Shown: positions 32,079-44,297 of the stretch, piece after piece
Numbering within the stretch: the first letter of the stretch is position 1
Layout of the letters: each line of letters opens with the position of its first letter
Assembly: GCF_031538885.1 (NCBI RefSeq)
Contig: NZ_JAVKLW010000053.1
Span: forward strand, 25,158 to 89,157
Reading direction: 5' to 3'
Length of the DNA stretch: 64,000 nucleotides
Origin: Limnohabitans sp.
GTDB taxonomy: Bacteria > Pseudomonadota > Gammaproteobacteria > Burkholderiales > Burkholderiaceae_C
Notes under the pieces: model-generated
What the model was told of the DNA's origin: nothing
What the model saw: the letters and a program-made list of their open reading frames with translations, nothing else
Databases searched by the model: none
Program-made: the position numbers and the translations under genes

Positions 32079-33965
32079 ATGGCCCACGCTTTTACGCATC
32101 GCACCGCTCATTCAACGCCGCATGCCGTGCGGCCTTCACAGTCGCATGATTTTTATCACGCCATGCAGCGTGACTTTGGTTGGTCTGTGCCCGAGTACTT
32201 CAACATGGCCGAGGTGTGTAGCCGCCGTTGGGCCGTGCAAGCCAACGCACACCAGCGGCTGGCCATCGTCGAGCACCAAGCCGCCGATGCACAAGGGCAG
32301 CCCATGCCCCCACACGGCTATAGCTATGCGCAGTTGCAAACAGACGCCGATGCACTGAGCCATGTCTTGACAGGTTTGGGTGTGCAGCGTGGCGACCGCG
32401 TGGCCATTGTGTTGCCGCAACGCTTGGAGACTGCCGTGGCCTACATTGCCGTCATGCAAATGGGGGCGGTAGCCATGCCTTTGTCGCAGTTGTTTGGCCC
32501 CGAGGCCTTGGAGTACCGCTTGCAAGACAGCGAGGCCGTGGTGGCGATTGTGGATGCCTCGTCTGCCCGTCATGTGTTGGCCGTGCGCCCGCAGTGCCCT
32601 GCGTTGCGGGCGGTGGTGGGCGTTGATGTGCGCGATGCCGCTGACATGCGGCAAGTGGATGTTGATTACGCCAGCGCCATCGCTGCACAGCACCGCAGCT
32701 TTGTGGCTGTGCAAACCAAGGCGCAAGAGGGCGCGGTGCTGATTTACACCAGTGGCACCACCGGCCCACCCAAAGGTGCCTTGATCCCACACCGTGCCTT
32801 GATGGGCAACTTGACCGGCTTTGTGTGCAGTCAAAATTGGTTTGGCTTTGCAACCGTGGGGGATGGCGCGAACCGTGCCAGCGCAACCCAGCCCTCGCAG
32901 CTACCGACAGGTAGCTCAGCCGTGTTTTGGTCCCCCGCTGATTGGGCGTGGACGGGCGGCTTGATGGACGCCTTGCTGCCCACGCTGTACTTTGGGCGCC
33001 CCATCGTGGCGTGGAATGGGCGCTTCAGCCCTGAATTGGCGTTCACCTTGATGCAGCAACACGGTGTGACACACACCTTTTTGTTCCCCACCGCCTTGAA
33101 GGCCATGATGAAGGCCTACCCCCAACCCAGCCGTCAATTCAAGCTCAAGCTGCAAGCCATCATGAGTGCGGGCGAGGCCGTGGGTGATGCAGTGTTTGGC
33201 TATTGCCAAGCGCAGCTCGGTGTGACGGTCAATGAAATGTTTGGTCAAACGGAGATCAACTACATCGTCGGCAACTGCGCGATGGAATGGGCCTCGCAGG
33301 CAACACCCAGCGACGTATCACAGCCCCGCACCCGTTTGACGGCACACCGCGTGAATGTCGGTTGGCCTGCCAAACCTGGCAGCATGGGCAAGGGCTATCC
33401 CGGCCACCGTGTGGCGGTGATTGATGAAGACGGCCACGAGTGTCCCGTGGGCGTGCTGGGCGATGTGGCGCTCAACCGCTTCAACCAACACGGCGAGCCA
33501 GACCCGATTTTCTTTTTGGGTTATTGGAAAAACGACAGGTCTACCCAAGGCAAATTCACGGGTGACTGGTGCCGCACCGGAGACATGGCCGTGCGCGATG
33601 AAGACGGCTACCTTTGGTACCAAGGCCGTGCTGACGATGTGTTCAAAGCGGCGGGTTACCGCATCGGGCCGAGTGAGATTGAAAACTGCTTGGTCAAACA
33701 CCCTGCGGTAGCCAATGCGGCTGTGGTGCCCAAGCCTGATGCCGAGCGCGGCGCGTTGGTGAAGGCCTATGTGGTGTTAGCCCCAGGCTTTGAAGCCAGC
33801 AATGCCTTGGTGGCTGAGCTGCAAGCGCATGTGCGTGGCAAGCTCGCCCCTTACGAATACCCCAAAGAAATTGAATTCACCCCTGAGTTGCCCATGACCA
33901 CCACAGGCAAGGTGCAACGCCGTGTGCTGCGCTTGCAAGAAGAGGAACGCGCCAAAATCAAATGA
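32079..33965 (+). CDS. Acyl-CoA synthetase (AMP-binding)
   Basis: YTSGTTGPPKG, FGQTE, TGD, GRADD..GYRIGP, TTTGKVQR. Confidence 0.92.
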   Translation: MAHAFTHRTAHSTPHAVRPSQSHDFYHAMQRDFGWSVPEYFNMAEVCSRRWAVQANAHQRLAIVEHQAADAQGQPMPPHGYSYAQLQTDADALSHVLTGLGVQRGDRVAIVLPQRLETAVAYIAVMQMGAVAMPLSQLFGPEALEYRLQDSEAVVAIVDASSARHVLAVRPQCPALRAVVGVDVRDAADMRQVDVDYASAIAAQHRSFVAVQTKAQEGAVLIYTSGTTGPPKGALIPHRALMGNLTGFVCSQNWFGFATVGDGANRASATQPSQLPTGSSAVFWSPADWAWTGGLMDALLPTLYFGRPIVAWNGRFSPELAFTLMQQHGVTHTFLFPTALKAMMKAYPQPSRQFKLKLQAIMSAGEAVGDAVFGYCQAQLGVTVNEMFGQTEINYIVGNCAMEWASQATPSDVSQPRTRLTAHRVNVGWPAKPGSMGKGYPGHRVAVIDEDGHECPVGVLGDVALNRFNQHGEPDPIFFLGYWKNDRSTQGKFTGDWCRTGDMAVRDEDGYLWYQGRADDVFKAAGYRIGPSEIENCLVKHPAVANAAVVPKPDAERGALVKAYVVLAPGFEASNALVAELQAHVRGKLAPYEYPKEIEFTPELPMTTTGKVQRRVLRLQEEERAKIK

Positions 33966-34037
33966 AAAAATCAAATCAAGGTGGGGCAGGCTTTAGACTT
34001 GTCGGGTTTTATCAGCCTTCCATCCGTGAGTAGACAC

Positions 34038-35105
34038 ATGACATTTCCTCTTGTTCAGCTGGGTACCAGCGATTTGCACGTCACGCCAATTTGCTTAGGC
34101 ACCATGACCTTTGGCGAGCAAGTCAACGAAACCGACGCACACGCCATCCTCGATCACTCGCTGGCGCGTGGTGTGAACTTCATCGACACCGCCGAGATGT
34201 ATTCGGTACCGCCCAAGGCCGAGACGTGTGGTCACACCGAGACCATCCTTGGCAACTGGTTTGCCAAAAACCCCAGTGCCCGTCAAAAGTTGGTGTTGGC
34301 CACCAAAGTGGCTGGGCCCTCGCGTGGCATGCCTTGGATTCGTGACAGCCAAGGTCTTTCGGCGCAAGACATCCTCACGTCGTGTGAAGGTAGTTTGCGT
34401 CGCTTGCAAACCGATGTGATTGATCTCTACCAAATTCACTGGCCCGAACGCCATGTCCCTGCATTCGGCGCTGTGTATTACGACCCTGAAAAAGAAAGTT
34501 CCAAAACCAATATCCATGCGCAGTTGGACGCGTTGGCAACGTTGGTCAAAGCGGGCAAGGTACGCCACATCGGGCTGTCCAATGAAACGCCTTATGGGGT
34601 GCATGAGTTTGTGCGCTTGGCCGAACAACACGGTCTGCCGCGCGTGGTATCTGTGCAAAACCCGTATTGCCTGATTAACCGCACCTATGAAAACGGGTTG
34701 GACGAAACTTGCCACCGTTTGAATGTCGCTCTCTTGGCCTATTCGCCTTTGGGTTTTGGCTTGCTGACAGGCAAGTACGACGACTGCGGTTTATTGGGCG
34801 AAGGGGCCCCGAAAGATGGTCGCATGACGAAGTACGAGACCATGCGCAAGCAACGCTGGGGCCGTCCTGAATCTTTGGCCGCTGCACGCCGCTATAACGC
34901 GTTGGCGTTGGAAAACGGCATGACTCCGCCGCAAATGGCGTTGGCGTTTTGCTACACCAAGTGGCAAGTGACCAGCACCATCATTGGCGTGACCTCGCTG
35001 GCGCAACTCGATGCTGATTTGGATGCGTGGGGAACTACCTTGTCGCCAGAGCTCTTGGCCGCCATCGATGCCATTCGTTGGGACCTGCGCGATCCTGCTC
35101 AGTAA
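34038..35105 (+). CDS. Aldo/keto reductase (Tas-like)
   Basis: LGTMTFGEQ, FIDTAEMY, DLYQIHWP, IGLSNET, YSPLGFG. Confidence 0.92.
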   Translation: MTFPLVQLGTSDLHVTPICLGTMTFGEQVNETDAHAILDHSLARGVNFIDTAEMYSVPPKAETCGHTETILGNWFAKNPSARQKLVLATKVAGPSRGMPWIRDSQGLSAQDILTSCEGSLRRLQTDVIDLYQIHWPERHVPAFGAVYYDPEKESSKTNIHAQLDALATLVKAGKVRHIGLSNETPYGVHEFVRLAEQHGLPRVVSVQNPYCLINRTYENGLDETCHRLNVALLAYSPLGFGLLTGKYDDCGLLGEGAPKDGRMTKYETMRKQRWGRPESLAAARRYNALALENGMTPPQMALAFCYTKWQVTSTIIGVTSLAQLDADLDAWGTTLSPELLAAIDAIRWDLRDPAQ

Positions 35106-35119
35106 AAAGGAAAAAATAA

Positions 35120-35761
35120 ATGTTTGCTGATTCTTCGATAGTTGTGGCGCTCACTTTGGGCGCGTATGTGGTGGGCTCTTTGTCTTTCGCGGTCATCGTG
35201 AGTCGTTTGATGGGCTTGGACGATCCACGCACCTACGGCAGTCAAAACCCAGGGGCCACCAATGTGCTGCGCTCGGGCAGCAAGGCAGCTGCGGCGGCCA
35301 CCTTGTTGTTGGATGCACTCAAAGGCTACTTCCCAGTGTTACTGGTCAAGGTGTTTGGCCCCGCGGTTGGCTTGGATGACCGTGCGGTGGGCTTGGTGGC
35401 CATCGCGGCCTTCATGGGACATTTGTGGCCTGTGTTCTTTGGCTTCAAAGGCGGCAAAGGTGTGGCCACTGCGGCAGGCATTTTGTTCGGGGTCGAGCCT
35501 TTGTTGGGCGTAGCGACCATCGGCACTTGGTTGATCGTGGCGTTCTTCTTTCGCTATTCCTCACTGGCGGCCTTGGCTGCCTCGGTGTTTGCACCGGCTT
35601 ACTATGTCTTTGGCGACAAGCTGGCATGGCAAACCAGTGAGGCCGAGTTGCTGGCTGTGACGGTGATGAGTGCCTTGCTGCTGATGCGCCACAAAGACAA
35701 CATCGTGCGGCTGGTGTCTGGGCAAGAGTCGAAGATTGGCGGGAAGAAAGACGCCAGTTAA
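35120..35761 (+). CDS. plsY: Glycerol-3-phosphate acyltransferase PlsY
   Basis: [39 protein letters not shown]. Confidence 0.96.
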   Translation: MFADSSIVVALTLGAYVVGSLSFAVIVSRLMGLDDPRTYGSQNPGATNVLRSGSKAAAAATLLLDALKGYFPVLLVKVFGPAVGLDDRAVGLVAIAAFMGHLWPVFFGFKGGKGVATAAGILFGVEPLLGVATIGTWLIVAFFFRYSSLAALAASVFAPAYYVFGDKLAWQTSEAELLAVTVMSALLLMRHKDNIVRLVSGQESKIGGKKDAS

Positions 35762-36243
35762 TCGCGGAAGTTGCTGAACGACAAAGGTAAGTCGGTCATG
35801 TCTTTGCGAATCAAAGCCATGGCCGCTTGCAAGTCGTCGCGCTTGGTGCCGCTGACGCGCACCGCATCGCCTTGGATGGCGGCTTGCACTTTGATCTTGC
35901 TGTCTTTGAGCAGGCGTTGAATCTTTTTGGACACTTCGGTTTCAATGCCGTTGCGGATTTTGATGACTTGCTTGACCTTGTCGCCGCCAACTTTTTGCAC
36001 ATCGCCTTTGTCGAGGAAGCGCACATCGACTTCGCGCTTGGCCAGCTTGTTGCGCAGCACGTCTTCGACTTGCACCAACTGAAAGTCGGCATCGCCAAAC
36101 ATGGTGATCTCTTTGTCTTTGAGTTCAACGGCGGCAGAGGTGCCTTTGAAGTCAAAGCGGGTGGCGATTTCTTTAGCCGTGTTTTCCACAGCATTTTTCA
36201 CTTCGACCAAATTGGGTTCGAGGACGGTGTCAAAAGAAGGCAT
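35758..36243 (-). CDS. yajQ: YajQ family protein
   Basis: [32 protein letters not shown]. Confidence 0.95.
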   Translation of the reverse strand: MPSFDTVLEPNLVEVKNAVENTAKEIATRFDFKGTSAAVELKDKEITMFGDADFQLVQVEDVLRNKLAKREVDVRFLDKGDVQKVGGDKVKQVIKIRNGIETEVSKKIQRLLKDSKIKVQAAIQGDAVRVSGTKRDDLQAAMALIRKDMTDLPLSFSNFRD

Positions 36244-36282
36244 GGCAGGCCGCTTTCAAAATCAGAATGAGACAATCGCCCT

Positions 36283-37335
36283 ATGTTAGTGGAACCCAAC
36301 ACCCCTCTTCAAGCGCACAACAGTTTTGGCATTTCGGCCAAAGCGCTGCAACTGGTGCGCATCCACACCGAGGCCGATGTGCAGGCTGTGTTGGCCGATG
36401 CAGCCTTGCGCGAAGCACCGAAGTTTGTGCTGGGTGGTGGCAGCAACATTGTGTTGACGGGCGACGTGAAGCCTTTGGTGCTCAAGGTGGAAATCAAAGG
36501 CATGCGCTTGGTGGAGGAAACCGACAAGGCCTGGGTGGTCGAGGCCGCTGCGGGTGAAAACTGGCACGAGTTGGTGCGCTGGACGTTGGACAAGGGCTGG
36601 CCCGGCTTGGAGAACATGGCGCTGATTCCGGGCAGCGTGGGTGCCTCGCCCGTGCAAAACATTGGTGCCTATGGCGTGGAGTTGCAAGACCGCTTTCACT
36701 CGCTGGACGCGATGGATCTGACCACGGGCCAAGCCTTCAGCCTAGATGCCGCGCAATGCGCCTTTGGCTACCGCGACTCGGTGTTCAAGCACGAGAGCAG
36801 TGGCCCAAATGGTTTGGGCTTGGCGGGTAAAGCGCTCATTACCCATGTGCGATTTTTGCTGCGCAAAGACTGGCAGCCCGTGCTGGGCTACCTCGACCTC
36901 GAACGCAAAATGGCCGAGACAGGCATCAGCCAACCCACGGCTCAGCAAATTTTTGAATGGGTGTGCGCGATTCGCCGCGCCAAACTGCCAGACCCTGCCG
37001 TCATTGGCAACGCAGGCAGCTTTTTTAAAAACCCCACCGTCACCCAAGACCAGTGTGACGACATCATCGCGCGTGAGCCCAAAGTCGTGCACTACCTCTT
37101 GGACGATGGCCGCATCAAACTCGCAGCAGGCTGGCTGATTGACGCCTGCGGCTGGAAAGGTAAAACCGTGGGCAATGCCGGCGTGTACGACAAGCAAGCC
37201 TTGGTGTTGGTCAACGTGGGCGGCAAAGAACACCCTTGCACGGGCGGCGAGGTGATGACGCTGGCCAAAGCCATTCAGACCAGTGTGTATGCGCGGTTTG
37301 GGATTCGGTTGGAGCCGGAGCCTGTGGTGGTTTAA
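36283..37335 (+). CDS. murB: UDP-N-acetylmuramate dehydrogenase
   Basis: LGGGSNI, IPGSVGASPVQNIGAYG, GNAGSFFKNP, LEPEP. Confidence 0.97.
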   Translation: MLVEPNTPLQAHNSFGISAKALQLVRIHTEADVQAVLADAALREAPKFVLGGGSNIVLTGDVKPLVLKVEIKGMRLVEETDKAWVVEAAAGENWHELVRWTLDKGWPGLENMALIPGSVGASPVQNIGAYGVELQDRFHSLDAMDLTTGQAFSLDAAQCAFGYRDSVFKHESSGPNGLGLAGKALITHVRFLLRKDWQPVLGYLDLERKMAETGISQPTAQQIFEWVCAIRRAKLPDPAVIGNAGSFFKNPTVTQDQCDDIIAREPKVVHYLLDDGRIKLAAGWLIDACGWKGKTVGNAGVYDKQALVLVNVGGKEHPCTGGEVMTLAKAIQTSVYARFGIRLEPEPVVV

Positions 37336-37377
37336 GTCACCCAACAAACACACCGAAGGCACGTGGCTAAGAAGTGT

Positions 37378-38739
<1,362 letters not shown>

Positions 38740-39066
38740 TTAACCGAAGTGGCAGATGTAGTGGTAGGGCTCGCTTCCTTCGGGAATCCGAATCTCGAAC
38801 TTCGAGTTGCCGGGTACGTTGAACTTTTCGCCAGCGCTGGACTTGACCCAGTCGTGGCTGCCGTCGAGCTTGTATTCACAAAAACCAGCCACGCACTCCA
38901 TCACTTCGGGGGCGGCGGTGTTGAAGGTGAGGGTGGCGGGCAAGATGACGCCGACCGACAGTTTGGTGCCATTGGCTGTGGTGATGGCGTGGCTGATGCA
39001 CTTGCCGTCAAAAAACACATTGGCTTGGGTGGTGATGCTGACGCTGTCGATTTTTTCTGTGGTCAT
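38740..39066 (-). CDS. ppnP: Pyrimidine/purine nucleoside phosphorylase
   Basis: ANVFFDGKCISH, SVGVILP, FNTAAPEVME, YICHF. Confidence 0.92.
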   Translation of the reverse strand: MTTEKIDSVSITTQANVFFDGKCISHAITTANGTKLSVGVILPATLTFNTAAPEVMECVAGFCEYKLDGSHDWVKSSAGEKFNVPGNSKFEIRIPEGSEPYHYICHFG

Positions 39067-39120
39067 GGTGTGCGCTCGGTATGAATTGCAAAACCATAGA
39101 TTTTAGGTGACCCAAAACGA

Positions 39121-39145
39121 CAAAAGCCGCTTAATGCGGCTTTTG
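39121..39145. terminator. Intrinsic terminator (possibly bidirectional)
   Basis: CAAAAGCCGC-TTAAT-GCGGCTTTTG perfect 10-bp stem. Confidence 0.75.
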
Positions 39146-39185
39146 CTTGTGATCAACGCTCCCAGCGTGGGGCGAAGATGAGAAT

Positions 39186-39725
39186 TTAGTAGCGAGGGGC
39201 AGAGCCAGCAGGTGGCACGCCGTAGCCAGCGTTGGCTGGGGCTGGTGCCATGGGCGTGATTTGCAGACGCACGGTAGGGCCTGGGTCTTGTGGCATTTGC
39301 ACGGTGTATTGCTTGCCCGCGTATTCGTACACCACGTTGTAAGCCATGGTGCGGTTCTCATAGAACATTTGTTGGCTGCAATTTTGGACGTGGCGCACTT
39401 CGGGGGCGCTGGGGCCTTCGATCTTGTCGCCCATGATGGCGCCACCAAAGATACCAGCCATGGTGGCCAAGGCCCGGCCTGAACCGTTGCCAATTTGGTT
39501 GCCAATGGCACCACCAGCGATGGCGCCCATCGCAGCGCCAGCCCCAGATTTTTGCCCATCGATGACGACTTGTTGGTTGTTGCACACCTGACGGGGCACA
39601 GCTACTTGTTGAATGATGGGTGTGCTAGAGATGACTTTGCCTACCTCTTGGGCTTGCACTGCAAAGGTGCCCAACACGGCGATCAAACCGACGATGCAGG
39701 TCTTTTGAATGGATGTATTTTTCAT
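39186..39725 (-). CDS. Glycine zipper 2TM exported protein
   Basis: Signal peptide; GAAMGAIAGGAIGNQIG.G.GRALAT..G..GGA. Confidence 0.85.
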   Translation of the reverse strand: MKNTSIQKTCIVGLIAVLGTFAVQAQEVGKVISSTPIIQQVAVPRQVCNNQQVVIDGQKSGAGAAMGAIAGGAIGNQIGNGSGRALATMAGIFGGAIMGDKIEGPSAPEVRHVQNCSQQMFYENRTMAYNVVYEYAGKQYTVQMPQDPGPTVRLQITPMAPAPANAGYGVPPAGSAPRY

Positions 39726-39814
39726 AGTGAATCTCTTTTTTAACTTGGCAGGAGTGTAGTGCTTGGACTACGCAGGGTCTGTAAAGCGCTGGTAAAACTT
39801 GAATGTGCAAACGC

Positions 39815-40174
39815 TCAGCCTACAACGCGAGCCCATGCTTGTGGGTTGACGCCCACGATGACAGTTTGGCCTTGAACGACCACCGGACGTTTGATGACGC
39901 TGGCGTGTGCCAGTATCAAGGCGCACGCTGAGGTGTTATCTGTGGCACCCATTTGCAAGGCTGCATCAAGTTTGCGCCATGTGGTGCCTTTGCGGTTGAC
40001 CAGGGCCTCCCAGCCGACTTGTGTCAGCCACAAGTCCAGTGCTTCGGATGGAATGCCTTGTTTTTTGAAATCGTGGAATACGTAGTCAACGCCATGATCG
40101 GTGAGCCACACACGGGCTTTTTTAACGCTGTCGCAGTTGGGGATGCCGTAAACGGTGATGGTTGTTTTGCTCAT
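39815..40174 (-). CDS. ArsC/Spx family reductase (YffB-like)
   Basis: YGIPNCDSVKKA, FHDFKKQG, NRKGTTWRKL, IKRPV. Confidence 0.9.
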   Translation of the reverse strand: MSKTTITVYGIPNCDSVKKARVWLTDHGVDYVFHDFKKQGIPSEALDLWLTQVGWEALVNRKGTTWRKLDAALQMGATDNTSACALILAHASVIKRPVVVQGQTVIVGVNPQAWARVVG

Positions 40175-40229
40175 GGGGTGAATCATGCCGCAAATGGAGA
40201 AGTCCTTGGGTGTGGGCGACAATCTAAAG

Positions 40230-41528
40230 ATGAATTCACTAGCCAGTTGGCTCGCGCATGGCGAGCGTTTACATCCTCAAAACATTGACATGGGCTTAGA
40301 GCGCGTGCGCACTGTCGCCGTGCGCATGGACCTGAAGTTTGATTGCCCTGTCATCACCGTGGCAGGTACGAACGGCAAGGGCTCGACCTGCGCTATGTTG
40401 GAAGCGTGTTTGCTGGAGGCGGGCTACCGCCCTGGTGTGTATACCTCGCCGCATCTTGTTCATTTTCAAGAGCGTTGTCGCTTGCACGGAGAGATGGTGC
40501 AAGCGGATGATCTGTTACCGCACTTTGTACGCGTTGAGGCGGCTCGTACACAAGGGGGGGAGGTGTCGCTCACTTACTTCGAGTTCACCACCTTGGCTAT
40601 TTTGAGTTTGATGGCTTCGTCGCGTTTGGATGTGGTCATCCTGGAGGTGGGCTTAGGGGGGCGCTTGGATGCGGTCAATGTGATTGAGCCGACGTGCGCC
40701 ATCATCACCAGCGTGGACTTGGACCACATGGATTTTTTAGGCCCAGACCGCGAAACCATTGGCCGCGAGAAGGCGGGCATCATGCGCACCGGCCGTCCTG
40801 TGATCGTGAGCGATCCTGTGCCACCACAAAGCGTGATTGACCACGCGACAGAAATTGGCGCTGACCTGTGGCTGTTTGGCCGTGACTTCAACTTCACCGG
40901 CGACAAGCAGCAGTGGGGTTGGGCAGGGCGGGGCCGTCGCTACAGCGGTTTGGCTTACCCCGCGTTGCGTGGGGCGAATCAGTTGGTCAACGCCAGTGGT
41001 GTGCTGGCAGCGCTTGAAGCCTTGCGCAGCGAGATGCCTGTGACTGCACAAGCCATTCGCAATGGGCTGGCGATGGCGGAGCTGCCAGGGCGCTTCCAAA
41101 TCATTCCGGGTCAGCCTGCTTTGGTGTTGGATGTGGCGCACAACGCGCACGCTGTGGCTGCGTTGACCGAGAACTTAGATGCGATGGGTTTTTATCCCAC
41201 CACCCATGTGGTGTTTGGTGCCATGGCCGACAAGGATGTGGCATCTATGTTGGTGCGCCTCGGGCCTTTGGTGGACCGATGGTATTTTTGCGATTTACCC
41301 ACCGAGCGCGCTGCTAAAGCCTTGAAATTACAAGCGATCTGGCAAGCGGGCAACAGCCGCAAAGATGTGCAGGCAAGTACGCATGCCGACCCACAAGCTG
41401 CACTGGACGCAGCGGTGGCTGCAGCAGACCCCGCTGATAGAATCGTGGTCTTCGGATCGTTTTTCACGGTCGGGGGAATTTTGGCGAATGGCATACCCCG
41501 TCTAGATGCCCCACATTTGAGCTCCTGA
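40230..41528 (+). CDS. folC: Folylpolyglutamate/dihydrofolate synthase
   Basis: VAGTNGKGS, YTSPHL, LEVGLGGRLDAVN, LDVAHN. Confidence 0.96.
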   Translation: MNSLASWLAHGERLHPQNIDMGLERVRTVAVRMDLKFDCPVITVAGTNGKGSTCAMLEACLLEAGYRPGVYTSPHLVHFQERCRLHGEMVQADDLLPHFVRVEAARTQGGEVSLTYFEFTTLAILSLMASSRLDVVILEVGLGGRLDAVNVIEPTCAIITSVDLDHMDFLGPDRETIGREKAGIMRTGRPVIVSDPVPPQSVIDHATEIGADLWLFGRDFNFTGDKQQWGWAGRGRRYSGLAYPALRGANQLVNASGVLAALEALRSEMPVTAQAIRNGLAMAELPGRFQIIPGQPALVLDVAHNAHAVAALTENLDAMGFYPTTHVVFGAMADKDVASMLVRLGPLVDRWYFCDLPTERAAKALKLQAIWQAGNSRKDVQASTHADPQAALDAAVAAADPADRIVVFGSFFTVGGILANGIPRLDAPHLSS

Positions 41529-41540
41529 GGCCCCATTCAC

Positions 41541-42272
41541 ATGGCTTTTTTCAAGTTTCGATTGCCCGGTCAACCGAGTAGTGAGCCGCAAGGCAACCAC
41601 AGCAATAGTCCTGCGCAGAGCGTGGACGTCATGCGTCGCCGCGCGCGTCATCGTTTGATTGGTGCTTCGGTGTTGGTCATTGTGGGCGTGGTTGGTTTTC
41701 CTTTGTTGTTTGATACGCAGCCACGTCCTGTGTCGGTGGACATTGCGGTCGATATTCCTGACCGTGCCACTAGCAAACCGTTGGTCGACACCTCCAAACA
41801 AAAGCCTTTGTCGGCGGCTGCGGGATTGGATGCCAAAGAAGAGGTAGTGACCACTGACAGCAAGCCTGAGGTGAAAGCCGATGTCAAAGTCGACAATAAG
41901 CCAGAAGCAGCTGTTGCTGCGGTATTGCCTAAGCCTGAAGCCAAACCTGAACCCGCCAAGGCTGAGGCCAAATCACCTGCACATGCGGAAGTAAAACCAG
42001 AACCGAAGGCGGTGCTCAAGCCCACGGACAGCAAAGACACGGGTGCGCGTTTTGTTGTGCAAATCGGCGCCTTCAATGACGAAGCGAAAGTGCGTGAGGT
42101 GCGAGCCAAGGTGGAAAAGGAAGGCATCAAAACCTATACCAACGTGGCGCAAACCAAAGAGGGTGCACGTACCCGTGTGCGTGTTGGTCCATTCACTAGT
42201 CGTGATGAAGCCGATAAGGTGGCCCGAAAGATCAAGCAGTTGCAATTGCAACCGCAGGTCTTGACGCTGTAA
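41541..42272 (+). CDS. dedD: SPOR domain cell division protein (DedD-like)
   Basis: RHRLIGA..TM, low-complexity linker, VVQIGAF..RVRVGPF; folC-dedD-cvpA-purF synteny. Confidence 0.85.
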   Translation: MAFFKFRLPGQPSSEPQGNHSNSPAQSVDVMRRRARHRLIGASVLVIVGVVGFPLLFDTQPRPVSVDIAVDIPDRATSKPLVDTSKQKPLSAAAGLDAKEEVVTTDSKPEVKADVKVDNKPEAAVAAVLPKPEAKPEPAKAEAKSPAHAEVKPEPKAVLKPTDSKDTGARFVVQIGAFNDEAKVREVRAKVEKEGIKTYTNVAQTKEGARTRVRVGPFTSRDEADKVARKIKQLQLQPQVLTL

Positions 42273-42281
42273 TTGCCTGAT

Positions 42282-42776
42282 ATGCAGACGTTTTCGGCCA
42301 TAGATTGGATTCTGCTGGCTGTCTTGGGCCTGTCTTTGCTGTTGGGTATGTGGCGCGGCCTCGTGCAAGAGGTGTTGTCACTGGCGGGTTGGGTAGCTGC
42401 GTTTTACGTCTCCCAAATGTTTGCGCCGCAAGCTGCGGCTTGGCTGCCAATGGAGGGCAGTAGCCAGATGCTGCGCTACGCCGCTGGTTTTGTGGTGGTG
42501 TTCATCGCGGTGCTGATGGCTACGGTGTTGGTCAGTTGGATGGTTAAGAAACTGGTGTCAGCAGTTGGCCTAGGACCTTTAGACCGATTGCTGGGTAGTT
42601 TGTTTGGATTGATGCGCGGCCTGGTCATTTTGTTGGCCGTCACGGTGCTGGTGGGCATGACGCCCATGCGCGAAACCGAAGCTTGGAAGCAAGCCCAAGG
42701 CGCGCAATGGTTGCAACAGTTTTTGCATGTGTTGAAGCCGGTGTTACCGGCTGATTTTGGAAAGTACCTCCCCTAA
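42282..42776 (+). CDS. cvpA: CvpA family membrane protein
   Basis: [22 protein letters not shown]. Confidence 0.93.
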   Translation: MQTFSAIDWILLAVLGLSLLLGMWRGLVQEVLSLAGWVAAFYVSQMFAPQAAAWLPMEGSSQMLRYAAGFVVVFIAVLMATVLVSWMVKKLVSAVGLGPLDRLLGSLFGLMRGLVILLAVTVLVGMTPMRETEAWKQAQGAQWLQQFLHVLKPVLPADFGKYLP

Positions 42777-44290
42777 TGTGTGGCATTGTCGGCGTTGCAA
42801 GCAACGCACCTGTGAACCAGTTGATTTATGACGCCTTGTTGCTCTTGCAGCACCGAGGCCAAGATGCCGCAGGCATCGTCACCCAGCTGGATCGTAAATT
42901 TTTCATGCACAAAGCTAAAGGCATGGTGCGTGATGTGTTTCGCACACGCAATATGCGCGCCTTGCCCGGCAACAACGGCTTGGGCCAAGTGCGTTACCCT
43001 ACAGCAGGCAATGCGTTCAGTGAAGAAGAAGCGCAGCCTTTTTACGTGAACGCACCGTTTGGTCTGGTGTTGGTACACAACGGCAACTTGACCAATGCGC
43101 ATACGTTGAAGGCCGAGCTGTTCTCTGAAGACCACCGCCACATCAACACCGAGAGCGACTCTGAGGTGTTGCTCAACGTGCTGGCCCACGAAATTGACAA
43201 AGCCACGCGCGGCTTACCCCTCAAACCCTCCGATGTGTTTGAGGCCGTGCGCCGTGTGCACCGTCGCATCCAAGGCTCGTATGCGGTGATCTCGATGATT
43301 GCAGGCCACGGGTTGTTGGCGTTCCGTGACCCGTTTGGCATTCGCCCTTTGTGCATTGGCCGTGGCCAAGATGGTACGTACATGGTGGCCAGTGAGTCGG
43401 TGGCTCTGGAAGGCACCGGCCATGCGTTTGAGCGCGACATCGCGCCGGGTGAGGCGGTGTTCATTGACCTGGCAGGCCAAGCGCACGTCATGCAATGCGC
43501 GGATGAGCCGCAGCTCAAGCCTTGTGTTTTTGAATACGTGTACTTGGCCCGTCCTGACTCGACCATGGACGGCATTTCTGTTTACCAAGCGCGTTTGAAT
43601 CTGGGTGAAACCTTGGCCAAACGCGTGGTGTCTACGGTGCCGCCAAGCGATATTGATGTGATCATTCCTATCCCCGAGTCCAGTCGCCCCAGTGCCACGC
43701 AGTTGGCGCACTTGCTGGGTGTGCCGTACCGCGAAGGGTTTGTGAAAAACCGCTATGTGGGCCGTACCTTCATCATGCCTGGTCAAGGTGTGCGCAAAAA
43801 ATCAGTGCGCCAAAAGCTCAACGTGATTGCCAGCGAATTCAAAGGCCGCAATGTGTTGTTGGTGGATGACTCCATCGTGCGCGGTACGACCAGCCGCGAG
43901 ATTGTGCAAATGGCGCGCGACGCTGGTGCGCGCAAGGTCTACATGGCCAGCGCTGCGCCCCCTGTGCGTTTCCCGAACGTGTATGGCATTGATATGCCCA
44001 CGCCCGAAGAGTTGGTGGCGCACAACCGCACCATCGACGAAGTGCGCGAGTTGATCGGTTGTGATGCGTTGATCTACCAAGATGTGGAAGCGATGAAGCA
44101 AGCTGTTCGCGCCGCCACGGCGGGCAATGCGCCGCAGCTCGATGGCTTTGACGCATCCTGCTTTGACGGTGTGTATGTGACGGGCGATGTATCGGCCAGC
44201 GACATCGTTCGGTTGAACGAAAAACGTGTGGGGCAAGAAGAGGGTGCTGAAGATAACTCGCGCCTCGCTTTGCCGAATCAATCGGAGTGA
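42776..44290 (+). CDS. purF: Amidophosphoribosyltransferase
   Basis: [26 protein letters not shown]. Confidence 0.98.
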   Translation: MCGIVGVASNAPVNQLIYDALLLLQHRGQDAAGIVTQLDRKFFMHKAKGMVRDVFRTRNMRALPGNNGLGQVRYPTAGNAFSEEEAQPFYVNAPFGLVLVHNGNLTNAHTLKAELFSEDHRHINTESDSEVLLNVLAHEIDKATRGLPLKPSDVFEAVRRVHRRIQGSYAVISMIAGHGLLAFRDPFGIRPLCIGRGQDGTYMVASESVALEGTGHAFERDIAPGEAVFIDLAGQAHVMQCADEPQLKPCVFEYVYLARPDSTMDGISVYQARLNLGETLAKRVVSTVPPSDIDVIIPIPESSRPSATQLAHLLGVPYREGFVKNRYVGRTFIMPGQGVRKKSVRQKLNVIASEFKGRNVLLVDDSIVRGTTSREIVQMARDAGARKVYMASAAPPVRFPNVYGIDMPTPEELVAHNRTIDEVRELIGCDALIYQDVEAMKQAVRAATAGNAPQLDGFDASCFDGVYVTGDVSASDIVRLNEKRVGQEEGAEDNSRLALPNQSE

Positions 44291-44297
44291 CCAAGGT

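Noticed and set aside
32899-32916. AGCTACC/GGTAGCT hairpin in a variable loop of the acyl-CoA synthetase as a third in-frame element
   Set aside because: A 7-bp stem is too short to separate from chance without an alignment
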